A stretch of 62,814 nucleotides of DNA, the filler included, from Asterionella formosa (lineage: Eukaryota): the NCBI GenBank assembly GCA_002256025.1. It is 34 parts of 34 records of this genome, joined end to end, with 100 filler letters (N's around TTAATTAATTAA, not from the genome) between each part and the next. Parts side by side here need not be neighbours in the genome. Positions count along the whole stretch, not along the records: positions 36,708 to 37,919 come from NKIB01003639.1; positions 38,020 to 39,231 come from NKIB01003640.1; positions 39,332 to 40,543 come from NKIB01003641.1; positions 40,644 to 41,855 come from NKIB01003642.1; positions 41,956 to 43,166 come from NKIB01003643.1; positions 43,267 to 44,477 come from NKIB01003644.1; positions 44,578 to 45,788 come from NKIB01003645.1; positions 45,889 to 47,099 come from NKIB01003646.1; 26 more parts are not named here. One strand, 5' to 3'. The notes beneath the pieces were generated by a model. It saw only the letters and a list, made by a program, of their open reading frames with translations, searched no databases and was not told the DNA's origin. Each line of letters starts with the position of its first letter. Within the stretch, counting starts at the first letter, position 1. Both the position numbers and the translations under genes were made by a program. Below are positions 36,708 to 49,720 of this stretch, in pieces.

Positions 36708-37857
36708 CCGAACCGCTGACGCGAGCCTTTACAGCCACGGTGGCTACCTGACCTACGTTGTAGAAGGCATTGTTGATGCGCTCCTGGTAGTCTGGCGGGT
36801 CGAAGGTGGTCACCGTGCTCGTGTTGGCCGCTGGCGTAGTGGCACCGACGTAGGCGCCGGTCACCGGGTTGTAGTAGGTCGTGCTGCTGGCGGTGACGCC
36901 ATTGGTTGTGGTGGTCACATTCATGCCCAGCACAGACTGCCCCTGGAAGCTGGCATTGACATAGTCGTACTTCATGCCCATGGTGCCTGCACCGGGGTTG
37001 GACGTGGTGGTGTAGGTCAAGGAATCGCCGGCCTTGGGAACCAGTGGCGCGCACTCGTTGGCGGTGGCTGGTGGTGTCACCACGGGTGGGGTTACGACTG
37101 GCGGTGTGACGACCGGTGGTGTCACCACAGGTGGAGTGACAACGGGTGGAGTCACTACGGGCGGAACGACGATGGGTGGAACCACCACCGGCGGAACAAT
37201 GGCAATCAACGATTTGAGCGCAGCACCTTGGGCCGCACCTGCCCGCAGGTCGGCCAGTGTTTTGCCCGCGCTGGCGGTCACAGTGGCCAGGCTATCGAGG
37301 ATTTTGTCGTCGACATCGCCGACTTTGAAGGCGCCTACCAACAGGTCGAGCAGAGGGCTCTGTCCCGTAAGCGCGACCACCTGGGTGGTGACGTAGATCT
37401 TGGCTGCGTCCAGGCTGGCTTTGATGGCGTTGCCCTTGGCCGCATCAAACGCGGCAAAAGCGGTGGTGGGTAAGCCGCCCAGCGCTTTGGTGACTACGAG
37501 GTCGGTGAACGGGGTGATGTTGACGCGCCCGGGGTCGGTGGCAAAGCCGTGCAGGGTCACGCTAGGCGTACCACCCACTACCTGTAACATGCAAGGTGTC
37601 GTTTGCCCGCCGTTCAAACTCAATGTAAAGCTACCGTCCGCGGCGGTGGTGCCCACCAGGGGGGCGCCCGTGGCGCATTTGGCGGTGACCGACGCATTCG
37701 CCAGACCGGCCCCGGTGGCCGCCAGGCCTTGTAAGCTGGCAACAGTGGGCGTGGAGTCTGCGTTGCCGCCACCGCCGCAAGCCACCATCAACAGGCAGGC
37801 CGCACTAGAGGCAGCGAGAAGAAATCCCTTGCGGGGCAGGGCTGAAGAACGTGGCAT
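36708..37857 (-). CDS. Bacterial (probably Burkholderiales-like) surface lipoprotein with a (PPVVT)n linker; 3'-partial; foreign contig
   Basis: Contig is strongly GC-rich. AGGAG RBS lies 5 nt before the ATG. Lipobox LMVA-C followed by GGGG. GLAATGA..ANASVTAKC domain. No introns. Confidence 0.85.
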
Positions 37858-38019
37858 GAAGGCTCCTGAAGATGTGGACAGTACTGAAATTGTCCAGTCC
37901 GCAGGAGCAGATGCCTACCNNNNNNNNNNNNNNNNNNNNNNNNNNNNNNNNNNNNNNNNNNNNTTAATTAATTAANNNNNNNNNNNNNNNNNNNNNNNNN
38001 NNNNNNNNNNNNNNNNNNN

Positions 38020-39231
38020 TATTCGCAAAGGACCGGCTCCTTTGAATTTGGAGATTCCGCCATATAAGTTTATTGATGAAGCAAAGGTGTTGATTGGTTA
38101 ATTTAAGAGAAAGGACATGAATGTGGCTGGTGTGTGATCAGATACATTATGATGTAGCAGGTCAATGGTTGATCTTTGCAAAGGATGACAAGTAGAATTA
38201 ATAAAATTACCCACGTGTTGCACAACAGTCACAATGTAACACTCCATCCTTCATCTCCTATCATATGATCTACCATATACATAGTTTACTCACTACATAT
38301 TTTTATGGTTGTGGTCCCTGGAAACCCTATATATTTAAAATAACAAATTGCCTATTTAGGGTTTGCGAAAATCATGCTGGAATGATTGGGCACATTTACA
38401 CTGAAACAATATAAAAACTCTGGTTGAATGTTTAAGTACTATTTGAAATACACCAAACAAGGATAAGCTCCTCCTGAACCAATACAACCTACCGATTGGA
38501 TAAACCATTTTCTTTCCATAGATTGTTCAATTCAATGGATTTATAACTTTTCTCATACATTCAATTGGCAGATGTACATATATCTCTACATAATGTGTTT
38601 GTGTAATTGAAATCCATCAAGAGTTGATTTAGCAATCACATTTCTAATTTAAGTAGCAAAGTAATCATCAAATAGTAGGTACTTATTGCACTTTGATAAT
38701 GATGGGTTTCAGTCCATTCCTTGTACATGGGTTAAGCAACTATTTGCTTCAACTGATTCATAGAAACACTAGACTAGCTACATGGTGCATCAAGAATACA
38801 AAGAATATACCTGTACTAGATTCAAAATTGATTCAACAAAGCCATGTTTCGTCATTGTTATTCTTGAATGGCTGATGGTGGGTCTATTAGCTAGGAATTT
38901 TTATGTAGTAATAGTTGTCTGAGTAATAGAATGCCAGTAGTATTAGTTTGTCCATCCATTAATAATTATTGCTATGATCCACAATCCACACTAGGTCCGC
39001 CAAAGAACTATCACAATTTAGGATTGTTTTATTGAGCGAATATATTTTTGTTATTGCTTTCATCATCATATATTATATTATATAAATATAAATTATAACT
39101 TATAAAACACCAAACTCGGCTCATACATCGCCATACTTCTCCTGTTGCTGGCTGCAGCATCACACATCCATTTATGTATACATACACATACACAGCTACC
39201 CATCAAGCATGTCCATGAGCACCACCAGCAC
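38020..39231. repeat. Near-duplicate of contig 57679-58887 (allelic haplotig or repeat variant)
   Basis: Both start TATTCGCAAAGGACCGG and end GAGCACCACCAGCAC. They differ by SNPs and small indels. Confidence 0.95.
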
Positions 39232-39412
39232 NNNNNNNNNNNNNNNNNNNNNNNNNNNNNNNNNNNNNNNNNNNNTTAATTAATTAANNNNNNNNNNNNN
39301 NNNNNNNNNNNNNNNNNNNNNNNNNNNNNNNGATACTATCAACAATAGCAACTTCCAAAAGGTCTTGAAAAGCAGAAAACAAAACAAAACAAGACCAAGA
39401 ATCTACAAAACA

Positions 39413-39528
39413 TTCACATGGAGGTCTTCATGATATAAGTCGGTACCCCATCAAGTGCTAATACTGCATCTTCACATGGAGGTCTTCATGATATAAGTCG
39501 GTACCCCATCAAGTGCTAATACTGCATC
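39413..39528. repeat. Perfect 58-bp tandem duplication
   Basis: TTCACATGGAGGTCTTC...AATACTGCATC starts at 39413 and 39471. Confidence 0.95.
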
Positions 39529-41511
39529 ACTAAGTGGAAGAATGCCATATTACGATCCTCGTTTTCACTCTCAGAGATCCACTACACCATCGTCAAAAGA
39601 TACATCATGTGACCGATATGGTCTTGTCAATACTGATAGGAGCGATGATGAAGTTTCTTCTCTTGTAGTTGACATCAGAAAAGCGCCTCTAGTTGCTTCC
39701 TCAATTGATAATTCCCAAGGGCGTTCCATTTCATAAATTTTCTAATCGTGTGGACCAAGCAATACATGAAAAATTGAGAGAGAAGTATCTTGCACTTGCT
39801 AGAGGATTTTATCAAGTGACAACTGAACTTGATTATTACAAAGGTCTTTAGTCAGCCAGTGCAAAACTCATCATTACTTGGTTACAAAGCTTCATCAAGT
39901 GCAGCAATATCAGCTCAACGTGCATTGCTCTCTAAAATCGAACCTTCTGTTGTGACGAAGATTATGAGCTACAGTGAAACAGTAAGTTTTCGGGTCGATA
40001 GTTTGTTTTAAAGCCCATTCATGCTCTCCTATTTCTAGGCAAGTTGTTCATTGTGCTACTTCCTGACACGACCTGTTCTTCCCTAGCTAGTTTTGCTTGT
40101 GTAGGTAAGTCCGCAACCACCTTTCGCAATTGGCGATTGTCTTAGCCGCAGCATTACTAGTAAGGGAAACTCCGACCGCATAGGAAGGCGGAACAAGCTG
40201 CTTGTAGGGGGCAACCAACCATTTCTTGCACACCAGGCAATATCGTGCGGTACGGTAATGAGTGTGGGAGTCAAACCAAACAAGGCCAAACAACTGGTAG
40301 TTATAACAGTTTAATTGCTTGGGCTGGTGCTATGATGATGCTGGCAGTTACGAATTTCCAATTCCAAAGACTTTGATAAGTATTAATTAAGATAGATTGT
40401 TTTCATCACTTCGGCAAAATAAGGAGATCAATTTTGAGTTTGGAGAGAATAATGCAAAGTAAGCAAGACTATCTAACTTGTGCTTTGGGCTGCCCCTCTA
40501 TTGTCCCAGTCATTGTCATTTTCTTTTTTCAGCCATTTGCCTCNNNNNNNNNNNNNNNNNNNNNNNNNNNNNNNNNNNNNNNNNNNNTTAATTAATTAAN
40601 NNNNNNNNNNNNNNNNNNNNNNNNNNNNNNNNNNNNNNNNNNNCACCCAGATGGCTCAGAGAAAACGACCTTGTCATTGTGACGATTACTGGTGCAGCAA
40701 GTACAGCGAAGGCTAGAGCGATGCTCCCCACTTCTGCTCCTGCCATTACTGTCATGGTCTATCGAAGAAGATACTCAGAGTTGCAAAGACAACGATGATG
40801 GCGAAATAGTGTTGTGTACTCCCTGTAAATGAGTTGATGATAGTCGATGGAGGTGAATCACATCACACCATTACACAATGACGGGTAAAGTACCGGTACT
40901 CCATTTTGCTGACAGGTACTTGCCTGGTACCAGTTACAAGGGTTCAAGGGTACGTACTGGTAGTGGGACAATCATGGGAGGAGTTAATCTGGTCGCCTAT
41001 GTATGCAGTATCAAACCGGTATTAACCCTCTGCCTGCCTGCGTGCTCCCTTCGTACCTGGCAAGTTGCGGTAATTTTGCTGAAATTAAAGATTTAGCTAT
41101 CTTTATCTCAGATTAAAATGTTAGTTAAAGCAAAACGATCGCAACTTGCAGGTACCATGGTACTTCGAGTACCGGTACCAGGTACCTGGTACCAGGGTAC
41201 CGGTGCTACACCTATTTCTCCGTACTGTACTACACACTGCGGAAAAAATGGCGCGCTCCCACGAATGATCCAATTGGTCGGAGTTGGACACCATCACTCT
41301 ACCAGGTACTCGTCGTAAAGAAGTGTTTCTCCGTTTGAAAGAAAAATAATTAATATATATATATCTATACACAGATATTGAGCATGAAACGTTTTTCACC
41401 CTTAACTGTGTAAATATGTACTTACTCCGTAAAACCGGTACCTGGTAGTATAGCTTAGAGGGATTGGATGATTCGAAACCGACAATTTCGAAGACTTTCT
41501 ATACATAGAGG

Positions 41512-41700
41512 TGTCAGAATGTGTCGGTTAGGCTGTTAATGTCGAAACGATCGGCACGGCGAGAAGAAAGATCTTGACCGGTCATTCCAAGGCACGACTA
41601 TTATGTAAGCACATGATCCAACCGTAAAATGAACATAGCTACCAGTAGGAGCGAATACAGTGAGTCCGTGGACAGCCAGCTTGTCCAATTCTTTCCAGCA
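41512..41700 (+). mobile_element. Diverged, shortened Copia LTR (family of 11268-11621)
   Basis: Starts TGTCAGAATGTGTCGGTTAGGCTGTTAATGTCGA, contains AGAAAGATCTTGAC..GTCATTCCA, and ends ACAGCCAGC...CAGCA. Confidence 0.7.
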
Positions 41701-43266
41701 AAGCAAATAACCGCATGTGGTTGCAGTGCGTACCGGTATGTAATATACCGGTATTATAGTTCGTACGTATCATGCTGGTCTAGATATATTCTATTATGTA
41801 CCTCTTCTCTCACTTCGATACCCTCCATGCTTGATGAATCAAATGAAGGCATTCCNNNNNNNNNNNNNNNNNNNNNNNNNNNNNNNNNNNNNNNNNNNNT
41901 TAATTAATTAANNNNNNNNNNNNNNNNNNNNNNNNNNNNNNNNNNNNNNNNNNNNGGAGTCGTCTTTATTAGAGTTCGCCCCTTCTATCACGAATCCATG
42001 TACCAGTATTTGTGGGTCTAGCTATGTAATTCGGGTGTCAATCTCGATTATAGATTTCCCTCCAGCCATATTATTCTTTCCTTTGTTTGACGGGAAAGAT
42101 GTCACATGTTCATGGACCTGACAGCGTGGCCCCGTTGTTATGACTTCGGTCGAAGCAAAGCATTTTGTACCCTGGTACCGTACTCCAGTGGGTTTAGGAA
42201 TACAGCAGACTATACTCTGATACCAGATACTTACAAGTCACGGCTCCACTCTCGGGTTTGACTGCACAATTTAAATTTGGCTATCTACGATACACTTCAG
42301 TGGGTCATTAATCAACTGATATGGATTTCATTCACCAATCTAGCAACCGGTAGCTAAATACAACTGAGGTACATCCACATCTGTAGGTACTTTGTAGTAT
42401 TGAGATAGAAGGAAGTAAACCCTAGATTTCATCTGACCCACTACCGGTATGCCAGGCGAAGGCCTTTGCTTAGATCTACTACGGTACCTAGAAACATCCT
42501 TGTTTTTTTTTCTGATAGAAGGACCAGGTACCGAAACCATGGAGTGACTGGTATAAGTGGCACTATAGCGGTACACACCAGTACGTAGGCTAGCCAACAA
42601 CAGGTCCCTGGTACCTTATTTATTAAGTCCCGTCGTTCATGCAGAACTGGTTGAGAAGAGGAAGGCATCGTACATTCTAGGATGCACGAATAGAGTCATT
42701 TATTTTACAGACCAACTGATGACACTTTCGACGGCACTTGGTGGCCAAATTTCTTCGATTGTCCTACGTCGGACAGAGGACCAGTGCGCACGTGAGTGAA
42801 AAAGTCACAACGATTGTGAGAAAAAGTGCGTATGTATGAAATGAGGCTCGGCTGGCTCGCTTCTTTAGCAATATCTCACATGTACTGTGTTGTTAGCCAA
42901 TACAATAATAATAATGCTGCTGACATTTAACTTTTTGACACCTTTGGTCATCAAGCTTGACACTCTTGTTTCGTGCGTTGATTCCTGGCAGCTGACGATC
43001 GCATTACTTTTCTCACAATTCCTCCTGTGATACCGGCAGTTTAGTAGAGCCTAGCTTGATAGCTACCCCGAATTCGGTTGGCGATCAAAGCTCATACATA
43101 AAGTGCCACGGACCAAACGTGTCTGGGAAGTCTCGATTGGCCTTTGAGTGATTTTCATTCACTTACNNNNNNNNNNNNNNNNNNNNNNNNNNNNNNNNNN
43201 NNNNNNNNNNTTAATTAATTAANNNNNNNNNNNNNNNNNNNNNNNNNNNNNNNNNNNNNNNNNNNN

Positions 43267-44477
43267 GAACGTAGCCTTTCACTACAATACGTCCTTTGTA
43301 TCGAATACTCTTATCCTGCTCGGATTTCTTCTTGAATACCCAGCGTGTGCCTAAGGGTTTTCTGCCCTTGAGATTGTCACGAGGAACCATTTTCCAAACA
43401 TTTCGCTTGTAGAAATTGTTGATTTCATTTTTAATAGCAACGGTCCACTGCTTGCTCTCGTCTCCTTTCATAGCCTCCTTGTAATGCTTTGGCTCCCCAG
43501 GATCGGAAGCAAGCGTTGTAGAATATGCATAGAACCTCTCTACTCCTTCTTCACTTTGAAATAGTTCATCATCATCTTGATAGGCCGCTTCAGAATAATC
43601 TATTTCTTCAATTGATCCTTTGTCCTTGTCATCTACTTGTAAGCTGCGCCGAGCACTGCGTTTGCCAGTAACTTCTTTCCAACCATCAAGGCGTTTCAAT
43701 TCTCGTTCCAATTTTGCTTTCTTCGAAGCATCTTTGTTGATCTCATCACCTAACTTCCCCACTGCTTCGGATAGCTGAAATCTTGTTTGTTTCACAACTG
43801 GAACAGGTGTTTCCAAATCAACATCCTGCTGGATAGGTGGGACAACAGGAAGAACATCTTCGTCCTGCTTTTCATCATCAATTGGAATAACAACCACTTC
43901 TGTGTCCCCTTCCACATTGAAATCCCTCAAACCTGCGATTGGACTTGTTTGGCCATGCCAATCAGCCCAGCGAATGTTTCGACTATTTAAAATCTTTCTT
44001 GTCTGAGGGTTAAACATTCGTTAAGTGTCTCCAGAATGATCATGAGAATAACCAACCATCACACATTTAATGGCCTTTTCTTCGAGTTTATTTGTTTTCT
44101 TAGCACCAATTTTCACCCATCCGATTCTGCCAAAATGCATTAGATGATCGTAAATCATTGGAACCTTTTTGTAAAACTTCTCATCTGCACTTTTTTTGAT
44201 GCTTGCATGGTGTGCTTGATTGATCTCTTCATCCTCAATTTCAATCGTCACTCCAATAAATGCATATTCTGTTTCTTCGCATGTAATGTAGACCTTTGTG
44301 TCTTCAACATATTCATAGTCAAAAAACGTCTTGTTGTTTGTAGTCAAGTTAATTATTTCAAAATCATCATCTGTATCAGACTTTTCATCATGGATTTCGA
44401 TCGTTTCAACAATACCAACAAACATTCCAGTTTCTTTCTTTTCCTTTGTTTTCTTTTCTTCAGGACAATCCTTAGCA
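43267..44477 (-). pseudogene. Defective Ty1/Copia: gag tail joined to the post-integrase SH3 region and RT start
   Basis: AKDCPE knuckle end, then SADEKFY...FGRIGWV...CVMVGYS.DHSGDT*RMFNP (TAA at 44021-44023), then EPKHYKEAM...RWVFKKK...YKGRIVVKGY. Protease and rve core are absent. Confidence 0.85.
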
Positions 44478-44577
44478 NNNNNNNNNNNNNNNNNNNNNNN
44501 NNNNNNNNNNNNNNNNNNNNNTTAATTAATTAANNNNNNNNNNNNNNNNNNNNNNNNNNNNNNNNNNNNNNNNNNNN

Positions 44578-45788
44578 CAAAACTAGATTCCCGAATCTTC
44601 ACCGTTGAATTTCAAGATGGAGAACAACAAGATATAGCATACAATATTCTTGCAGAACACATGTACTCCCAAATTGACACTGAGGGTAAACAACACCGTC
44701 TTTTAGTTGCAATAATTAACCATCGCAAGAACAACAGGGCTATAGACAAAGCAGATCAATTTAGGTCTGTTCAAGGAAAACGAGTAACGAAAAAGACGAC
44801 AGCAGGATGGCAATTTGAAGTGGAATGGAAAGACGGCACCACTTCCTGGCTACCATTAAAGGCACTGAAGGAATCAAATCCTGTGGAAATAGCGAATTAC
44901 GCCATTGCGAACAAGATTGACACCGAACCAGCTTTTGACTGGTGGTCTAAAGATTTACTCCATAAACAACGACGACTAATTAAACTATCTCAGAAGAGGT
45001 CAATCCAAACTGGGTTTAAATTCGGTCTCCCTTTGCCCCTCACGGTGGCAGAAGCATTAGAAATTGACCGTAGAAACAATAACAGTTTATGGCATAGAAA
45101 TTGACCGTAGAAACAATAACAGTTTATGGCATAGAAATTGACCGTAGAAACAATAACAGTTTATGGCATGAAGCAATTATGAAGGAAATGACGAATGTCC
45201 GCATTGCATTTGATCTCAAGGAGAGAAACTGTCAGCCACCTGTTGGATACAAACAAATTCCTATGAAAATGATTTTCGATATCAAGATGGATTTTACCAG
45301 AAAGGCTCGTTTGGTTGCAGGAGGCCACAAAACCGACCCCCCTGTATCCCTTACCTACTCATCCGTTGTTTCCAGAGACAGTGTCCGAATCGCCTTTCTC
45401 ATTGCTGCAGTTAACCAACTAAGTATTATGATGGCAGACATAGGCAACGCCTATTTAAATGCAAGCACGGAAGAGAAAGTTTATGCGATAGCCGGACCTG
45501 AATTTGGAGAAGACGAAGGCAAACTGGCCATCATTGTTCGTGCCTTATATGGCTTAAAGAGCTCTGGTGCCGCGTGGCGCTCGCACTTTGCAGCCACGCT
45601 GCGAGACATCGGTTTCATCCCAAGTTACGCAGACCCTGATATGTGGTATCGAGAGGCTGTCACAAGAGAGGGTTTCGAGTACTATGAATACGTACTTGTT
45701 TATGTTGATGACATCCTATGTATTTCCAAGGATCCCAGCACAATCATACACTCATTTTCAGATCCTCCCTTCCTATATCGTTTAAAAG
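44578..45788 (+). mobile_element. CoDi-type (diatom) Copia pol fragment (chromo-like region and RT), frameshifted by a triple 37-bp repeat
   Basis: Motifs VEWKDGTTSWLPLKALKESNP, FDIKMDFTRKARLVAGGH, ADIGNAYL, ALYGLKSSGAAW and YVDD. The 37-bp unit starts at 45058, 45095 and 45132. Confidence 0.92.
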
Positions 45789-46459
45789 NNNNNNNNNNNN
45801 NNNNNNNNNNNNNNNNNNNNNNNNNNNNNNNNTTAATTAATTAANNNNNNNNNNNNNNNNNNNNNNNNNNNNNNNNNNNNNNNNNNNNGTAGCCTTTGTG
45901 CTACGATCTGCTGAGGTTCAGCCTCTGTTCCGGGATTTGTGCGATGCCGCAGCTAATATGTGTGATTGTGCTTGTGTGTGAGTGTGTGTTTACGCATTGC
46001 ATTGCATTACATTACGCATCACTCCATGTTTGCCTTGTGTGTGTTGTCAATTCACCCCCCCCTCCCCAAAAACTATACACAGTATATATAATCTATCTAT
46101 ACTTGTTGGTACACTTGTACACACTGGTACACTCCCCCTAATATTTGTATATTTAAATTAAAGTACACATATGCAACAACCAAAACAAACCATGAAAGGT
46201 TTAAAATGCAAAATGCGTTTCTTACTCTCCCACCTCTATAATAACTAACCAATATCAATTCAACATCGGGAGTCTTAGACTACTTGGACTTGGTTGGACT
46301 TTGATATTCTGGTATTTCGTTTCGCTTGTTACCCCCCCTTATATTTCCTATATTGTTCTTAATTAAGTAAAAAGCTTAAATAAAAGAAACGCCCACCCTG
46401 TTGTGCTTCTCCTTCAGTACTATAAAAACACATGAAGGAAAATTATGTCTATCAAACAT

Positions 46460-47010
46460 CGAAATCCGGGTTTTTTCATGTGCACAATCCTGGTAAGACA
46501 ATACACAACAATCAACCACAAAGATGGAAACTTCTTGGCCATACTTCAACTTGGCCGTAATTCTATTACAGGAATAAATCCGGGTTTCTTCATGTGCAGC
46601 AACCCCTCCCCTGGCCAGGAGGGCAGGGGATGTGCCATCAGTAGGCCTGTGGAAGGAGGCACGGATGTTGCCCCCTCACGGGATGGAAACTTGGCCTCCA
46701 CCGGAAACGTGGTTAAACTATCTCACCGAAATGTGGCAAAACTAGGTGGGTGGGATAGGATTCTTGATGCTATGGGTTCCACCGGAAACGTGGTTAAACT
46801 ATCTCACCGACCCCTCACGGGATGGAAACTTGGCCGTAGTTGAGGGGCCCTCTCCCTTGATGTGTTGGCGGAATCTGCGTATTTCGTCCACACAAGGTGA
46901 CCAATGTCCATCCACGAGCTGATAGGATCCACCGGAAACGTGGTTAAACTATCTCACCGAAATGTGGCAAAACTAGGTGGGTGGGATAGGATTCTTGATG
47001 CTATGGGGGG
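46460..47010. repeat. Mosaic of shuffled, hairpin-forming repeat modules
   Basis: CCACCGGAAACGTGGTTAAACTATCTCACCGA x3; AATGTGGCAAAACTAGGTGGGTGGGATAGG... x2; CCCCTCACGGGATGGAAACTTGGCC x2; AATCCGGGTTT x2. Confidence 0.8.
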
Positions 47011-47394
47011 CATGCACTGGAGTTCTGTCTCCTACCCCACTCCCACCTGAGTATTCACTATCATGACTACTCGCGGGACCTCTCTCTAAGCCTGGCAGGN
47101 NNNNNNNNNNNNNNNNNNNNNNNNNNNNNNNNNNNNNNNNNNNTTAATTAATTAANNNNNNNNNNNNNNNNNNNNNNNNNNNNNNNNNNNNNNNNNNNNA
47201 TTTTCTTGATTTCGGAAGGCTTCCGGGCATGGTCGAGAACTGATTTATTGGAGACCCTGTCGTACACATTGACCAACGCTCGCTTTGGCCTTCGTGTAGC
47301 ATACAACGTTCATACATATAGCTACCGGTAGCTAATATATATATTAATAGAAACAACTAGTACTGCTGTGTTGTGTGCATGCATATCTAGAATC

Positions 47395-48285
47395 TCAAAA
47401 TGAGAAAAAAGATTGCCAAGTATGCTGAGGTTTAACTTGTAATACCGACCCAGGTATTCCTCCAATATTAGGGACAACAACAGCAGGAGCAGAAATACAA
47501 TCGACTGTAACAAACATGAGCTGTTTTCTCTTTCCTGATTCATAACCCATCAGGTGAGCTATCTCAAACATTTTAGAACGACGGCTATTAAATAAACTCT
47601 CACTTGGATCCTTACATGAGTTCACAATTGCAAAGATTCCAGTTGTTTCGTTGCGGAGTGATGCACACAATCGTGGATCAGTAAAATCAAATTCAGGCCC
47701 AAGCAATACAAAACCAAAGATTTTCCCCAACACTATGTAAGGTATACCACTTTCCTAGTCTATCCATTTGAAGTCGGCCCAATCATACCAAGACCCCTGT
47801 CCCAAATAATTGGGATGGGCATGGAAAGTATTTCCATCTCGTTTGTGTTCACACAGGACCTCAATTGACTTTTTGGTTATGAAGGGAAGCACTTCCTTTC
47901 CTAGAAATCGAATTAAATCAATGTCAACTCCTGATGTCTTTATAGTCGCCGAATTGGAAGTGACAGATGCAATAGCGAATCCACCATTATTTTCCTGTAA
48001 CTTTAAGATAAAGCGTGCACCACCTGTAGATGTGCTTATACTGTCAGTCCCAGTGCTTGGTGTTTCATTACTAGAACCATCATCGGCGAGCAAATCTGTA
48101 TCGTCATGTTCAAAAGGATCTTTTCCCAAAAATTCCCGACATGCAACACCTATGGCAATGTTTTCGATAATTCGTTGTCCAGATTGAAGGTCCATTAGGT
48201 GATGTCGTTTTTGAGATGTTTTAGCTGGTAACTTGCAAAGGAATTTTAAATTCTTTTCCATTGGTCCACCATTGAAAACTTGCGG
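47395..48285 (-). pseudogene. Second, inactivated copy of the Plavaka/CMC-like transposase
   Basis: 47200-48285 is the reverse complement of about 15890-16974. GAG to TAG change at 47755-47757. 5'-truncated where it joins unrelated DNA near 48285. Confidence 0.85.
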
Positions 48286-48821
48286 AACTCACAACATGTG
48301 ACTTGACCTCGTAGCGAAAACCTGGTACATAGCTCATAGGCATTGGTACAAGGTTCGAGTACCAGGAACTGGTACCGGTAGGTAAATGGTACTCCTCCTT
48401 TCGTAACGGTNNNNNNNNNNNNNNNNNNNNNNNNNNNNNNNNNNNNNNNNNNNNTTAATTAATTAANNNNNNNNNNNNNNNNNNNNNNNNNNNNNNNNNN
48501 NNNNNNNNNNATTCATTCTCATACCAGTTTCCATCTATAGGATTAGTCATACTGTGTGCTACAGTTACATGCCCAGCCCTAGAAGGGCTGGATGCTCTAT
48601 AGGGATGACGCCCAGAGGCGTCGTCCCTTTTCCCTAACCCTAACCCTAAAAAGTATTTGTAATGAAAGAAAAAAAACGATGTAACCGTAGCATACAATCC
48701 CTTTCATCACTCCTAGTCCAATCGTATGCCGGTACATACCGGTATTTGTTGTGACGTACCGGCTCTTAGTTAAAAACATGTGACAATCATGCATCATATG
48801 ATAGATAGGTGTCGTGTCTGA

Positions 48822-49720
48822 ATGAAGAATTACAAAAACACGAAGGCGTTTCATCACACGTTCGATAAAACTCCTGTTCCAACGACTCCAATGCCTCAGT
48901 ATCCTCCTCGTGCGCCAGGAAGACAATCTCAGCCTTCAAACCAAAAACCAACCACTTCAATTTCGTCTCCGACTGCTGCAATTCTTTCAAAGATGCAAAT
49001 GAACAAGCAGGATGCTGACATTCAAGGAGATGGTCTCAAAGAGATTGCGAACTTGGCTCATACTAATGACAACAACGGGGTGACAATTGCTAGAACAGAA
49101 AGTATCACTGCGATTCTGTCGGCAATGAGGATTCATGTCTTAAATGCTAATGTGCAAGAGTATGGTTGTGCAGCACTTAATAACTTGGCTTTGAATAATG
49201 ACGAGAACAATGAGAGGATAGCCTCTTTTGGTGGAAACGCCGTAATTTATAATGCTATTCAAAATCACTCATCCAATGCTGGTGTCACTAAAAAAGTTTA
49301 TAAAGCACTTCGTAAGTTTCGAGCAATCTCAACAACAACCAAGATTCCGTTCTTAACAACTCCATCACCAAGCAGTAGCAATCCCACTAATGTTAATCTG
49401 CAAGAACGTCTCTTAATGCTTCAGAACGACTACAAGAAGGTGGCAATTGCAAAAGCAGATCGTATGAAAAACCAGATTCCAACCACGTCAATTACATTTA
49501 AGACAAAAAAGTTTGAGAAAGAATTCGAACGGTTTAAAGCAAATGATCCCACTTTGACTACATTTTATCTAAAAAGTGAGTCAATTGGTGATACTGGCAC
49601 CACAGCCATTGCAAAGGCTCTCAAGGACAATAATGTCGTGACTGAACTTTATCTCGGAGATAATTCGATTGGTGATGACGGAGCCGAGGCCATTGCAGAG
49701 GCTCTCAAGGACAATACTGC
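48822..49720 (+). CDS. Armadillo-repeat plus RI-like leucine-rich-repeat protein (3'-partial, start uncertain)
   Basis: ARM repeat NANVQEYGCAALNNLA..NDENNERIA..GG; LRR repeats LYLGDNSIGDDGAEAIAEALKDN. Confidence 0.8.

Noticed and set aside
37034..37975. Plus-strand ORFs with GGVTT repeats
   Set aside because: Antisense shadows of the GC-rich lipoprotein gene.
46697..46960. Three 32-bp identical repeats as a possible CRISPR array or hammerhead ribozyme
   Set aside because: The intervening sequences are themselves repeated and irregular in length. CTGATAGG...GAAAC does not fit the CUGANGA core and the required stems are missing.
48632..48648. (CCCTAA)3 as a real telomere
   Set aside because: Only three units, and internal to a contig.
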